DNA from: Alphaproteobacteria bacterium
GTDB taxonomy: Bacteria > Pseudomonadota > Alphaproteobacteria > GCA-2731375
Length of the DNA stretch: 61,316 nt
NCBI GenBank assembly: GCA_016869175.1
Contig: VGEV01000002.1
Span: 1-61,316 of the forward strand
Reading direction: 5' to 3'
Positions 28,577 through 38,318 of the stretch are shown here, one piece after another. The position numbers and the translations under genes are program-made. Every line of letters starts with the position of its first letter. The stretch's first letter is position 1. The notes under the pieces were generated by a model that did not search any database, was not told the origin of the DNA, and worked only from the letters and a program-made list of their open reading frames with translations.

Positions 28577-29356
28577 TCAGCACCCCTTGAAGCTGGGTTT
28601 GCGTTTCTCCAGGAAACTACGATAGCCGATCTGGAAATCCTCTGTCCCGAAGCAATGGAAGCTTTCGTCGGCCTCGGCCGCGCTGAGCGGCCGCGGGTCC
28701 GCGAGGCGGCGGGCAAACTTCTTGTGCCAGCGCGCGACCAGCGGCGCTCCCTCGGCGATGCGGGTGGCGGTGGCCAGTGCTTCCGCCAGCAGCTCGCCGT
28801 CCGGGACGACACGGTTGACCAGGCCTTTTTCCTTGGCCTCCGCCGCGCCGAATACGCGACCTTCCAGCACGATCTCCAGCGCCACCGCCTTGCCGACCAG
28901 TTCGACCAGCGGCCGCATCTCGTTATAGGCCACCACCAGGCCCAAACGGTTGACCGGCACGCCGAAGCGCGAACCGACGCCGCACAGGCGCAAGTCGCAG
29001 GTGCTGGCCAGTTCCAGGCCGCCGCCGACGCAGGGTCCGAGGATTGCCGCCAGCACCGGCTGCGGGCATTCCAGAATGGCGTCGAGCGCGCCGTGCATCG
29101 CCCCGCCATAATTGCGGGCCTGTTGCACGTTGCTGCGCTCGTTGGCGAACTCGGCGATGTCCGCGCCGGCCGCGAAGGCCTGCTCGCCGGCGCCGCGCAG
29201 GATGACGCAGCGCACGCTGTCGTCCTTGGCGATCGCCCGGAAGTGCGCCGCCACCTGTCGCCACATCGCGAGGTCAAGCGCGTTCAGCCGCTCCGGCGCG
29301 CTCAAGGCGACCGTGGCGATGGCGCCCGCTTTACTCAACACGACCTCTCCCGGCAT
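28577..29356 (-). CDS. Enoyl-CoA hydratase/isomerase (crotonase) family protein
   Basis: It has AFAAGADIAEF and GPCVGGGLELAS oxyanion-hole motifs. I prefer the ATG at 29356 over the TTG at 29380. Confidence 0.9.
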   Translation of the reverse strand: MPGEVVLSKAGAIATVALSAPERLNALDLAMWRQVAAHFRAIAKDDSVRCVILRGAGEQAFAAGADIAEFANERSNVQQARNYGGAMHGALDAILECPQPVLAAILGPCVGGGLELASTCDLRLCGVGSRFGVPVNRLGLVVAYNEMRPLVELVGKAVALEIVLEGRVFGAAEAKEKGLVNRVVPDGELLAEALATATRIAEGAPLVARWHKKFARRLADPRPLSAAEADESFHCFGTEDFQIGYRSFLEKRKPSFKGC

Positions 29357-29364
29357 GGCGGGTC

Positions 29365-30156
29365 TCAGCGCGAGAGCCAACCGCCATCCACCGCCAGGCT
29401 GTGGCCGGTGACCATGGCGGAAGCGGGGCTGGCAAGGTAGAGGATGGCGCCGGCCAGGTCGTCGACCTCGGCGAGGCGGCCCAGCGGATGCAGGCTTTCG
29501 AGCTTCGCTCGCATCGTCGGATCGCTCAGCATCGGCCGCGCGAGGTCGGTGTTGACGAAGGTCGGCGCGATCGCATTGCAGCGAACGTTGCAGGGGCCGA
29601 ACTCGCAGGCCCAGGCGCGCGTCAGGTTGACCACCGCGCCCTTGCTCGCGTGATAGGCGGGGTTCGGATAGAGCCCGCCGCCGACATGGCCCATGATCGA
29701 GGCGATGTTGACGATGCTGCCGGACCGTTGCGCCAGCATCGGCTTCACCGCTTCGCGCGTCATCAGAAAGAGGCCGGTCAGGTTGACCGCCATCACCTGG
29801 TCCCAGGTTTCGCGGCTCATCTCGACGGTCGACTGCCGCCGGGCGATGCCGGCGTTGTTGACCAGCACGTCGATGCGGCCGAAACGCTCCAGTACCGCCC
29901 GGGTTCCGGCGACGATGGCTGCCTCGTCGGCGACGTCGATGACGAAGGCCGCCGCGTTGCGGCCAAGCTCCTTGGCCACGCGATTGGCAGCCGCGCCGTC
30001 GCGGTCGGTGACGGCGATGCCGGCGCCGGCCTCCGCCAGGGACGCCGCCGCCATGCGGCCGATCCCCGCCCCGGCGCCGGTGACCAGCGCCACGAGGCCA
30101 TCCATCCGGAACAGCCGCGGGGCGGCGGCTTTCGGTTCCCGTTCGCTCACGCTCAT
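29365..30156 (-). CDS. SDR family oxidoreductase
   Basis: 263 aa with VTGAGAGIG, NNAG and YHASK. Confidence 0.9.
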   Translation of the reverse strand: MSVSEREPKAAAPRLFRMDGLVALVTGAGAGIGRMAAASLAEAGAGIAVTDRDGAAANRVAKELGRNAAAFVIDVADEAAIVAGTRAVLERFGRIDVLVNNAGIARRQSTVEMSRETWDQVMAVNLTGLFLMTREAVKPMLAQRSGSIVNIASIMGHVGGGLYPNPAYHASKGAVVNLTRAWACEFGPCNVRCNAIAPTFVNTDLARPMLSDPTMRAKLESLHPLGRLAEVDDLAGAILYLASPASAMVTGHSLAVDGGWLSR

Positions 30157-30202
30157 GCCGATCCTCCCGGCCCGGCAGTATAGGCGGCCAGCGGCGGCGG
30201 CT

Positions 30203-30980
30203 CTAATCCGGCAGGCCGAAGCGATAGGCCGACATCGACAAGGCGCCCCTGGCGATGGCGCGGTAGAGCGCTTGCGCCGGTTCGCCCTCGGCCGCGCCGG
30301 CGGCGACCAGGATGGGAAGATAGTGCTCCTCGCTCGGGTGCGCGCGCGGCCTGCGGGGCCAGGCGGCGATAGTCGGCGAGCGCCGCGAGGTCGCCCGCCG
30401 TGACGCGTGCCGCCAGCCAGTCGTCGAAGGCCTGCGCCCAGTCCGCGACCGGCGCGTCCCGGCCGCGTGCGAGCTCGCGCAGGTTGTGCACCGCGCTGCC
30501 GCTGCCCAGGATCAGCACGCCCTCCGCCCGCAGCGGCCGCAGGGCCCGGCCGACCTGCAAGTGATGCCGGCCATCGCGCGCGTTCTGCACGGACAATTGC
30601 ACCACCGGCACGTCCGCCTCAGGGTAGGCGAGCGACAACGCCGACCAGGTGCCGTGATCGAGGCCGCGCTGTTCGTCCGACCGCACGGCAAGGCCAGCGA
30701 CCCCAAGCAAGTGCGCGGCCCGGCGCGCCAGATCGGGGGCACCGGGGGCCGGATAGCGCAAGCGATAGAGCGCCGGCGGAAAGCCAAGGAAGTCGTGGAT
30801 GGTCTGCGGCTGGGCGGCGGATGACAGGCAGGGCTGATCCGTCTCCCAATGGGCGGTGATGCAGAGGATCGCCCTGGGGCGCGGCAGCAGGACACCGAGC
30901 GAGCGCAGGAAGGCGCGGCCAACGCCGTCCTCGATCGCCAACATCGGTGAACCATGGCTGATGTAGAGCGTCGGCAGCAT
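30203..30980 (-). pseudogene. ygiD: Class III extradiol dioxygenase (YgiD / 4,5-DOPA-dioxygenase-like) with an apparent frameshift in a (GC)n run
   Basis: The N-terminal 213 codons (MLPTLYISHGSPM...ITAHWE...LGSGSAVHNL) are in one frame. The family-typical C-terminus (HPSEEHYLPILVAAGAAEGEP...SMSAYRFGLPD, stop at 30203-30205) is in another frame from about 30340. The total length is 778 nt, not a multiple of 3. Confidence 0.72.
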
Positions 30981-30998
30981 GGGCTTGGGCGCGCAGGT

Positions 30999-31697
30999 TC
31001 AGGCGCTCGGCAGGTCGCAAAGCAGCAGTTCGCTCGCCTCGCCGGCGGCGATTTCGAGCAGCCCTGCGCCCGCCACGACGCCGTCGCGCGCCGCGGCCGG
31101 AATGCCATTGACGCCGAGCGACCCGACCGCCGCCACCAGATAGGCTTGGCGGCCCGCAACCAGGACGTGCCGAAGCGTCATGCCGGCCGCGAGCCTCGCG
31201 CCATAAAGCGTCGCGTCCTGGTCGATCGGCAGGCCGCCGACGCCGGCTTGGCCACTGGCCAGCGGCACCAGCTTGCCGGCGCGGTCGGCCTGGGGAAAGG
31301 CCGCGGTCTGCCAACGCGGCTTCAGGCCGGCCTGCCTTGGCCTGAGCCAGATCTGGAACAGCGTGGTCTCGCCGGGCTCGAGATTGTATTCGGCGTGCAC
31401 GATGCCACTGCCCGCCGACATCACCTGCGCGTCGCCGGCCGCGGTGCGGCCCTGGTTGCCCAGGCTGTCGCGATGGGTAATCGCCCCCTGGCGGATGTAG
31501 GTCACGATCTCCATGTCGCGATGCGGATGCGGGTCGAAGCCGGTGCTCGGCTGAATGCGGTCGTCATTCCAAACCAGCAGCGGCCCCAGCCCCATGCGCC
31601 GGCTGTCGCGGTACGTGCCGAAGCTAAAATGGTGGCTGGCATCCAGCCAGTCGTTGCGGAACTTGCCCAGCCCCGAGAACGGGCGAATCTCGATCAC
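30999..31697 (-). CDS. Pirin family protein
   Basis: GTG start at 31697 after GGGAGA. It has the cupin metal motif HPHRDMEIVTY and SAGSGIVHAEYN. Confidence 0.87.
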   Translation of the reverse strand: MIEIRPFSGLGKFRNDWLDASHHFSFGTYRDSRRMGLGPLLVWNDDRIQPSTGFDPHPHRDMEIVTYIRQGAITHRDSLGNQGRTAAGDAQVMSAGSGIVHAEYNLEPGETTLFQIWLRPRQAGLKPRWQTAAFPQADRAGKLVPLASGQAGVGGLPIDQDATLYGARLAAGMTLRHVLVAGRQAYLVAAVGSLGVNGIPAAARDGVVAGAGLLEIAAGEASELLLCDLPSA

Positions 31698-31787
31698 TGC
31701 CGTCTCCCGTCGTGGTCGGCCCAACGCCGTTGCCCCGATTTGGGCGTGTCCGGTCCCGCCGGCAAGGCCGCGCGGCCCGGCCGCGGC

Positions 31788-32045
31788 TCAGAGCGCGGCG
31801 CCGCGGCCACTGGCGCCGGGAATGCGCAACAGCTCGTCCGCCGGCTGCCGCCTGGCATGGTCGACCGCCTGCCAGAGGATCAGTCCCCAAACCGCCAACA
31901 GAGCCAGCGCAAAGCCCAAGAGCTGCAGCAGGTGTCCGCCGCCGCGCCGTCGCGCGGGCTCGTATCGGCCATGTCGATCGACGAAGTCGCTTGCCCCCCC
32001 TGGCTGGCCCTGGGGCCGCCGGGCACCCTTTGCACGGCCGAGCAT
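31788..32045 (-). CDS. Possible small single-TM protein
   Basis: This is the tail of the spurious 680-aa ORF, taken from the ATG at 32045. It has a basic N-terminus, then LLQLLGFALALLAVWGLILW. Third-position GC is moderately high. There is no family or RBS support. Confidence 0.22.
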   Translation of the reverse strand: MLGRAKGARRPQGQPGGASDFVDRHGRYEPARRRGGGHLLQLLGFALALLAVWGLILWQAVDHARRQPADELLRIPGASGRGAAL

Positions 32046-32186
32046 AAGCCGCCAGCCCGGCCGTCGCCAGCCGGAGGCGTTGGCGTGCCGGCCTGGAACT
32101 CGACGCCTGAGACGGCGTGTGCGTCTCGCCGGCGTGCAATCCGCCGTCGCCTCGCCTAGCTTTGCGGCGGGGACGTGGGGGGCGGC

Positions 32187-33617
32187 ATGGCCGGGTTCAG
32201 CGAGTACGCGCGTTACGACGCCTTGGGCCTGGCCGAATTGGTGGCGAGCCGCCAGGTCAGCCCGGCTGAAGTGCTGGACGCCGCCATCGCGCGAACCGAA
32301 GCGGTCAACCCCAAGATCAATGCCGTCAACCTGAAGATGTATGACGAGGCGCGTGCCCGCATCGCCGCCGGTCTGCCGCAGGGCCCGTTCACCGGCGTGC
32401 CGTTTCTGCTGAAGGACCTGGGCGCCTTCTATGCCGGCTTCCCGACCAGCTTCGGCAGCGCCTTCTACAAGGACTTCGTGCCCCGGCACGACGCAACACT
32501 GGTGGAACGACACCGCAAGGCCGGCCTGGTGGTGTTCGGCAAGAGCAGCACGCCGGAGTTCGGCCTGGCGCCGACCACCGAACCCGCCTTGTTCGGACCC
32601 ACGCGCAACCCCTGGAATCTGGCGATCAGCGCCGGCGGCTCGTCGGGCGGCGCGGCGGCGGCGGTAGCCGCGCGGGTGCTGCCGATGGCGCATGCAACGG
32701 ACGGCGGCGGCTCGATTCGCATTCCGGCCGCCTTTTGCGGCCTGTTCGGGCTGAAACCGACGCGCGCGCGCAATCCCGCCGGTCCCGATATCGGCGAAGG
32801 CTGGAGCGGCTTGGCTTCCGCCCACTGCATCAGCGTGTCGGTGCGCGACAGCGCGGCGCTGCTGGATGCGACGCACGGTCCGGCGCCGGGCGACCCCTAC
32901 ATGGCACCGCCTCCCGCGGGCAGCTTCCTGCGCGAGGTGACCGCGGCGCCGGGCCGGTTGAAGATCGCGGTGATGCGCCGCAGCCTGTGGGACCGGCCCC
33001 TGCATGCGGAATGCCTTAAGGGCGTGGAGGAGACCGCAAAGCTGTTGATCGAACTCGGCCATGTGGTCGAGGAGGCCGCGCCGACGCTGGACGTCGCCGC
33101 GCAATCCTGGGCCTTCCGCGTGATCATCGCCGCCAATCTGGCGGCCAATCTGGAGCTTCGCGCCAAGGCGCTGGGGCGCAAATGGCGGCCCGACGAAGTG
33201 GAGAAGGTGAGCTGGGAATTCGCGCTGGAAGGCCGCAAGGTGAGCGGCGCGGACTATGCGCTCGCCATCCTGATCGTGCATGCGGCAGGCCGGCAGATGG
33301 CGGCCTTCTTCCAGCGGCACGATCTGCTGCTCAGCGCCACCATGACGGAGCCACCGCAACCGTTGGGCGAGATCGACATGACGTGCGACAGCGTCGACGA
33401 CTATTACGAACGCCAGCTCCTGGCGCGCATGTCGGTGACGCCGCTGTTCAACATGACGGGCGGCCCGGCGATGTCGGTGCCGTTGCATTGGAGCGCTGAC
33501 GGCCTGCCGATCGGCATCCATTTCGGGACGCGGGCAGGCGACGAGGCGACGCTGTTCCGGCTCGCCGGGCAATTGGAGCAGGCCAGGCCCTGGGCCGCTC
33601 GACGACCGATGGACTGA
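32187..33617 (+). CDS. Amidase-signature family amidase
   Basis: Start at MAGFSEY. It has catalytic Lys in FLLKDL, GGSSGG, and the nucleophile motif [15 protein letters not shown]. Confidence 0.92.
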   Translation: MAGFSEYARYDALGLAELVASRQVSPAEVLDAAIARTEAVNPKINAVNLKMYDEARARIAAGLPQGPFTGVPFLLKDLGAFYAGFPTSFGSAFYKDFVPRHDATLVERHRKAGLVVFGKSSTPEFGLAPTTEPALFGPTRNPWNLAISAGGSSGGAAAAVAARVLPMAHATDGGGSIRIPAAFCGLFGLKPTRARNPAGPDIGEGWSGLASAHCISVSVRDSAALLDATHGPAPGDPYMAPPPAGSFLREVTAAPGRLKIAVMRRSLWDRPLHAECLKGVEETAKLLIELGHVVEEAAPTLDVAAQSWAFRVIIAANLAANLELRAKALGRKWRPDEVEKVSWEFALEGRKVSGADYALAILIVHAAGRQMAAFFQRHDLLLSATMTEPPQPLGEIDMTCDSVDDYYERQLLARMSVTPLFNMTGGPAMSVPLHWSADGLPIGIHFGTRAGDEATLFRLAGQLEQARPWAARRPMD

Positions 33618-33624
33618 GACGGAC

Positions 33625-35055
33625 ATGGCGGGGTTCCAGGAATACGAGGAATACGACGCGCTGGGGCTGGCCGCCCTGGTGCGCCGCAAGGCGGTGACGC
33701 CGGTGGAATTGCTGGATGCGGCCATGGCGCGGCTGGCGCGCCATAATCCCCGGATCAACGCGGTCTGCCATGTGTTCGAAGGCGAGGCGCGCGCCCGCAT
33801 CGCTGCCGGCCTGCCGGTCGGCCCGTTCACCGGCGTGCCCTATCTGTTGAAGGATCTTTACGCGCTCTATGCCGGGCAGCCGACCGCGAACGGCAGCCGC
33901 TTTTACCAGGGCTTCGTCGCCGATCACGACAGCACGCTGGTCGAGCGGCTGAAGGCCGCCGGCCTGGTGATCTTCGGCAAGACCAATACGCCCGAATTCG
34001 GTCTTTCCACCAGCACCGAGCCGGCGCTGTTCGGGCCTAGCCGCAACCCCTGGTCGCTGGCGCACAGTGCCGGCGGCTCGTCCGGCGGCGCGGCGGCGGC
34101 GGTGGCGGCGCGCCTGCTGCCGACGGCACATGCCACCGACGGCGGCGGTTCGATTCGCATCCCGGCCGCCTGTTGCGGTCTCTATGGCCTGAAGCCGACC
34201 CGCGGCCGCAATCCGGCTGGCCCCGATGTCGGCGAGGGCTGGGCCGGCATGGCGGCGGCGCATGCCGTGACCTTGAGCGTTCGCGACAGCGCCGCCCTGT
34301 TGGACGCCACCGCCGGGCCGGCGGTTGGCGATCCCTACTGGGCGCCGCCACCCGGCCGGCGCTTCCTGGAGGCATTGGACGAAAAACGCCGACACCTTCG
34401 CATCGCGGTCATGACCAAGGCTCCGGCGGACGTGCCGGTGCATCCCGCTTGCACGGCGGCGGTCGAACAGGCGGCGCGGCTGCTTGGCGACCTTGGCCAC
34501 CGGATCGAACCGGCGGCGCCGACCTACGAGGCCGACCTGCTGCGTCGGGCGGCCCGCGACATCATCTGCGCCAATGTGCGCAATGGCCTGGAACTGCGCG
34601 GCAAGGCCCTGGGACGCGAGCCCAGGCCGGACGATGTCGAACCGATCACCTGGGCGCAAGCCGAGCAGGGCCGCCGCTTGAGCGCCGCGGACTATGCCAG
34701 GGCGACGCAGACCGTGCACCGCATCTCGCGGCAGATCCTGGCCTTCTTTGAGCGCCACGACATGCTGCTGACGCCGGCCCTGGCGGAGCCGCCATTGCGG
34801 CTGGGCGAACTCAGCATGGCCTGCGACGATCTCGCCGGGTATCTGCGGCGCCTGCTGCAGTTCACCCCTTTCACCGCCATGTTCAACGCCACCGGCCAGC
34901 CGGCGGCCGTGCTGCCCTTTGCGTCGACCGCCGAGGGTCTGCCGATCGGCGTGCAACTGGTCGCTCGCTTCGGCGAGGAGGCCGAACTGCTCAAGCTGTC
35001 GGCCGACCTGGAAGCGGCGCGGCCCTGGTTCGGGCGCCGGCCGTCGCTTCAGTAG
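33625..35055 (+). CDS. Amidase-signature family amidase (tandem paralogue, same length)
   Basis: It starts MAGFQEY and has YLLKDL, GGSSGG and [15 protein letters not shown]. It is collinear with the upstream paralogue throughout. Confidence 0.92.
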   Translation: MAGFQEYEEYDALGLAALVRRKAVTPVELLDAAMARLARHNPRINAVCHVFEGEARARIAAGLPVGPFTGVPYLLKDLYALYAGQPTANGSRFYQGFVADHDSTLVERLKAAGLVIFGKTNTPEFGLSTSTEPALFGPSRNPWSLAHSAGGSSGGAAAAVAARLLPTAHATDGGGSIRIPAACCGLYGLKPTRGRNPAGPDVGEGWAGMAAAHAVTLSVRDSAALLDATAGPAVGDPYWAPPPGRRFLEALDEKRRHLRIAVMTKAPADVPVHPACTAAVEQAARLLGDLGHRIEPAAPTYEADLLRRAARDIICANVRNGLELRGKALGREPRPDDVEPITWAQAEQGRRLSAADYARATQTVHRISRQILAFFERHDMLLTPALAEPPLRLGELSMACDDLAGYLRRLLQFTPFTAMFNATGQPAAVLPFASTAEGLPIGVQLVARFGEEAELLKLSADLEAARPWFGRRPSLQ

Positions 35056-35822
35056 ATCGACATGCCGCCGTCCACCACGAATTCGGCGCCGGTTATGAAC
35101 TTGGCCTCGTCCGAGGCCAAGAAGACCAGCGTCCAGGCGATGTCGTCGGGCTCGCCCAGCACACCCAGCGGCACCATCTTGCGGTAGCGCTCGCGCCCCG
35201 CGGTTAGGTCGGCGCCGGCCCAGGACATGGCGGTCTGGCCCATCGGCGTGTCGATGATGCCGGGATGGATGGAATTGCAGCGGATCCGGTAGCCGCGCCG
35301 GGCGCAATGCAACGCGACCGACTTGGTGAGCTGGCACACGCCAGCCTTGCCGGCGCCATAGGCCGCCATGGGGGGTGTCGCGATCATGGCCGCCAGCGAG
35401 GAGACATTGACGATCGCGCCGCCGCCCGACTGACGCATCGCCGGGATCGCGTGCTTGCAGCCCAGGAACACGCCCTCCAGATTGACGCTGTTGATCTTGC
35501 GCCACTCCTCGAGGCTGCAGCGTTCGGGATCCTGGCGGTCGCCGCTGCCCGGCACGCCCGCAACGTTGGCCAGGATGTCGAACCGGCCGTGACGGCGCAG
35601 CGTGGCGGCGAACAGCGCCTGCCACGCGTCCTCCCGTGTCACGTCCTGCACCTGGAAGGTTGCCTGCGGGCCGATCTCGCGCGCCACCCGTTCGCCGGCC
35701 TCGGCCTGGATGTCGGTCAGCACCACCGTCGCGCCCTCTTGTGCCAGGCGCTTGGCGCTGGCCTGCCCGATGCCGGACGCGGCACCGGTGACGATGGCCA
35801 CCTTGCCGTTGACCCGCGCCAT
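35049..35822 (-). CDS. SDR family oxidoreductase
   Basis: 257 aa with VTGAASGIG, NVAG and YGAGK. Confidence 0.9.
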   Translation of the reverse strand: MARVNGKVAIVTGAASGIGQASAKRLAQEGATVVLTDIQAEAGERVAREIGPQATFQVQDVTREDAWQALFAATLRRHGRFDILANVAGVPGSGDRQDPERCSLEEWRKINSVNLEGVFLGCKHAIPAMRQSGGGAIVNVSSLAAMIATPPMAAYGAGKAGVCQLTKSVALHCARRGYRIRCNSIHPGIIDTPMGQTAMSWAGADLTAGRERYRKMVPLGVLGEPDDIAWTLVFLASDEAKFITGAEFVVDGGMSIY

Positions 35823-35960
35823 CGCTGCCCCCCCTGCGGCCGTTGTCGCCGCACAGGTTGACCGCCGTCCCGACCCCGTGCAAGGGTCGCGTTGCCGGTC
35901 GAGGCGACGTGGGCCGGTTGCCGCGGCGCCTCACCCGCTTCGCTGGAAACGGAGAATGCC

Positions 35961-36758
35961 GTGGCGCAGTCGGCGAACCGTTCGTTCCGCTATTTGCTGG
36001 GGCTGTTCGGGCTTTTGGTCCTGGCGGGGACACGGCCGGCGGCGGCCGAACTGCAACTTTTGGCCCTGGTGGCGACCGACGGCGCGGTGGCGCTCGCGTG
36101 CGAGCGCGGGCAATGCGCGGCTGATTTCTCGGCCTTTTGCCTGCAAGCCGAACGACGCGCGCCCGAACCGGGCGAAACCTATCGCCTGCTGGGCGGTGAA
36201 AGCGTGCGGCTGACCGGCGTCACCGCCGACGGCGGACTGTTGTCGCTGCCGGCGGCGGACCTGCTGCGGGTCAACGTGCTCAGAACCCATGTCTCGGTGC
36301 GCCTCGCGGTGCCGGAGGAGCGGGTGCGGGCGTTGGGGGTGGTGCGGCTGGAGGTTGAGGTCGGTGAGGACGCAACTCTGCTGCCGCTAGCCGACGATCG
36401 CGCGCCGCACGCCGGCGCGCCGGCCGATGGCTTGCGACAGGCCGGCGCGCGGCTCGTCGACCGCAATCGCGAAGTCATGGCGGCGGCTCGGCTGACGCAG
36501 CGCCTGATCAACGCCCTGCCGGAAGGCCGCGAGACCGCCGCGCAGCGCGACCGGGTCTGGCAAGCGGCGGCGGCGCCGTTCGCGGGCGCGTCCCAGGATG
36601 CCGGCGCGGAACTCGCCCGGCGGACGCACGATCGCTGCCGCGACGCATCCGCGGCGGGATTGTTCGCGGGCATGCGCAGCTGTCTTGAATCCTTGCACGA
36701 TGCCATGCTGGGCGATCTCAACAAGGCCTATTGGGATGCGCTCAAGACTGGCAGCTAG
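35961..36758 (+). CDS. Secreted hypothetical protein
   Basis: GTG start 7 nt after GGAG. It has a signal-like N-terminus (RSFRYLLGLFGLLVLAGTRPAAAE) and several Cys residues. I recognise no family. Confidence 0.5.
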   Translation: MAQSANRSFRYLLGLFGLLVLAGTRPAAAELQLLALVATDGAVALACERGQCAADFSAFCLQAERRAPEPGETYRLLGGESVRLTGVTADGGLLSLPAADLLRVNVLRTHVSVRLAVPEERVRALGVVRLEVEVGEDATLLPLADDRAPHAGAPADGLRQAGARLVDRNREVMAAARLTQRLINALPEGRETAAQRDRVWQAAAAPFAGASQDAGAELARRTHDRCRDASAAGLFAGMRSCLESLHDAMLGDLNKAYWDALKTGS

Positions 36759-36785
36759 AACGCCGCAGCGACAAGGAACCCCGCC

Positions 36786-37463
36786 ATGAACGTCAACCCC
36801 GCCGCGAGCGCCCTGGCGCCGTTGGTCGTGGACAGCAACGCCATGCCATTCGCGCCTAGTCCCCAGCCCGGCGTCTGGCGCAAACGGCTGCGGCACGAGG
36901 GCGAAGCCGAGCGCGGCCGGGTTACGTCGATCGTCCGCTTCGATCCGGGGGCGCGCTTTGCCCATCACGAGCACCCGGAAGGCGAGGAGATCCTGGTCCT
37001 GGAGGGCGCCTTCGCCGACGAGCAAGGCAGCTACCCAGCCGGCACCTATATCTTCAATCCCGACGGCTATGCGCATTCGGTCTGGTCGAACCAGGGCTGC
37101 CTGCTGTTCGTCAAGCTGCGCCACTATCCCGGCAAACAACGCCAGCGGATCGTGCGGCATTGGCCCAGCCTGCCGGCGAAGCCCGGCCTGGCGGCGGGCA
37201 GCAAAAGCCGCATCCTCTATGAGCAGGCGGGCCAACCGGAACGGGTGCGCATCGTGCGACTGCCGCCGGGCTGCGAGGTGCCATTGCACGCCCACCCGGA
37301 GGGCGAGGAGATCCTGGTGCTGGAGGGCGGTATCGTCGACGAACATGTGAGTTGCGGCCCCGGTGTCTGGGTCAGCTATCCACGGGCCAGCCAGCACCAG
37401 CCGGCCAGTCCCCGGGGGGCTCTCGCCTATGTGCGTTCGGGCGGCAGTTCGGCCTGGGGCTGA
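36786..37463 (+). CDS. Bicupin protein (ChrR-like cupin domains)
   Basis: It shows an internal duplication: HHEHPEGEEILVLEGAF and LHAHPEGEEILVLEGGI. Confidence 0.8.
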   Translation: MNVNPAASALAPLVVDSNAMPFAPSPQPGVWRKRLRHEGEAERGRVTSIVRFDPGARFAHHEHPEGEEILVLEGAFADEQGSYPAGTYIFNPDGYAHSVWSNQGCLLFVKLRHYPGKQRQRIVRHWPSLPAKPGLAAGSKSRILYEQAGQPERVRIVRLPPGCEVPLHAHPEGEEILVLEGGIVDEHVSCGPGVWVSYPRASQHQPASPRGALAYVRSGGSSAWG

Positions 37464-37496
37464 GCCGGGCGCGCACGTCCGCCCAAGCCGGCCTCC

Positions 37497-38288
37497 TTGC
37501 TGTTCTACCTTTCCAAGCTTACCGCGTTCCTGACGACGCCGGGTCAGCTGTTGCTGGCCGGGTTGCTCGTTTCGGTCCTGTTGCAGGCGACGCGCTGGTG
37601 GCGCGCCGGACGTCGCCTCGCCTGGTCGCTGATCATCGTGCTGATCGTGGTGGGCACGCTGCCGCTCGGCCCGCTTCTGCTGGCGCCGCTGGAGGCGCGG
37701 TTCCCCAAGCCGGACCCGTTGCCGGCGCGGATCGACGGCATCGTCGTGCTGGGCGGCGGCGAACGTACCTGGCTCAGCCACGTGCACGGCCAACCGGTGC
37801 TGAACGAGCGCGGCGAGCGGCTGCTCATTGCCGGTCTGCTGGCGCGACAGCATCCACAGGCGCACCTGTTGTTCACCGGCGGCAGCGCCAAGCTGACGGC
37901 GCAACCGATCAGCGAAGCGGAAGTCGCGCGCCGGGTGTTCGCGGGCATGGGCCTGACAGAGGATCGTTTGCTCTATGAGGATCGTTCCCGCACCACCGCC
38001 GAGAATGCGGTGCTGGCGCATGCCCTGGCGCGGCCGGAGGCCGGGCAGAACTGGGTCCTGGTGACTTCCGCCGCGCACATGCCGCGCGCGGTCGGCAGTT
38101 TCCGGCAGGCCGGTTGGACAGCAATCCCCTATCCGGTCGACTTCCGCGGCGACGATACCCTGCCCTATCGGCCCGGCTTCGATCTGAGTGCCGGGCTCGG
38201 CCTGCTCGACGAAGCGCTGCACGAGTGGCTGGGTTTGCTGGTGTACTGGCTGGCGGGCCGCAGTAGCGCGCTTTTTCCCATGCCGTGA
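37497..38288 (+). CDS. YdcF/ElyC-type DUF218 membrane-associated protein
   Basis: TTG start with N-terminal TM helices. It has GIVVLGGG, RTTAENA and LVTSAAHMPRA motifs. Confidence 0.8.
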   Translation: MLFYLSKLTAFLTTPGQLLLAGLLVSVLLQATRWWRAGRRLAWSLIIVLIVVGTLPLGPLLLAPLEARFPKPDPLPARIDGIVVLGGGERTWLSHVHGQPVLNERGERLLIAGLLARQHPQAHLLFTGGSAKLTAQPISEAEVARRVFAGMGLTEDRLLYEDRSRTTAENAVLAHALARPEAGQNWVLVTSAAHMPRAVGSFRQAGWTAIPYPVDFRGDDTLPYRPGFDLSAGLGLLDEALHEWLGLLVYWLAGRSSALFPMP

Positions 38289-38318
38289 GGCGCGGCCGAC
38301 GCCGCCATCGGAGGTCAG

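Noticed and set aside
31788-36033. Minus-strand ORFs of 680 aa and 861 aa antisense to the two amidase genes
   Set aside because: The plus-strand amidases carry complete catalytic signatures. The antisense products are low complexity. Only the last 85 codons of the first ORF, which lie outside the amidase gene, were kept as a low-confidence candidate.
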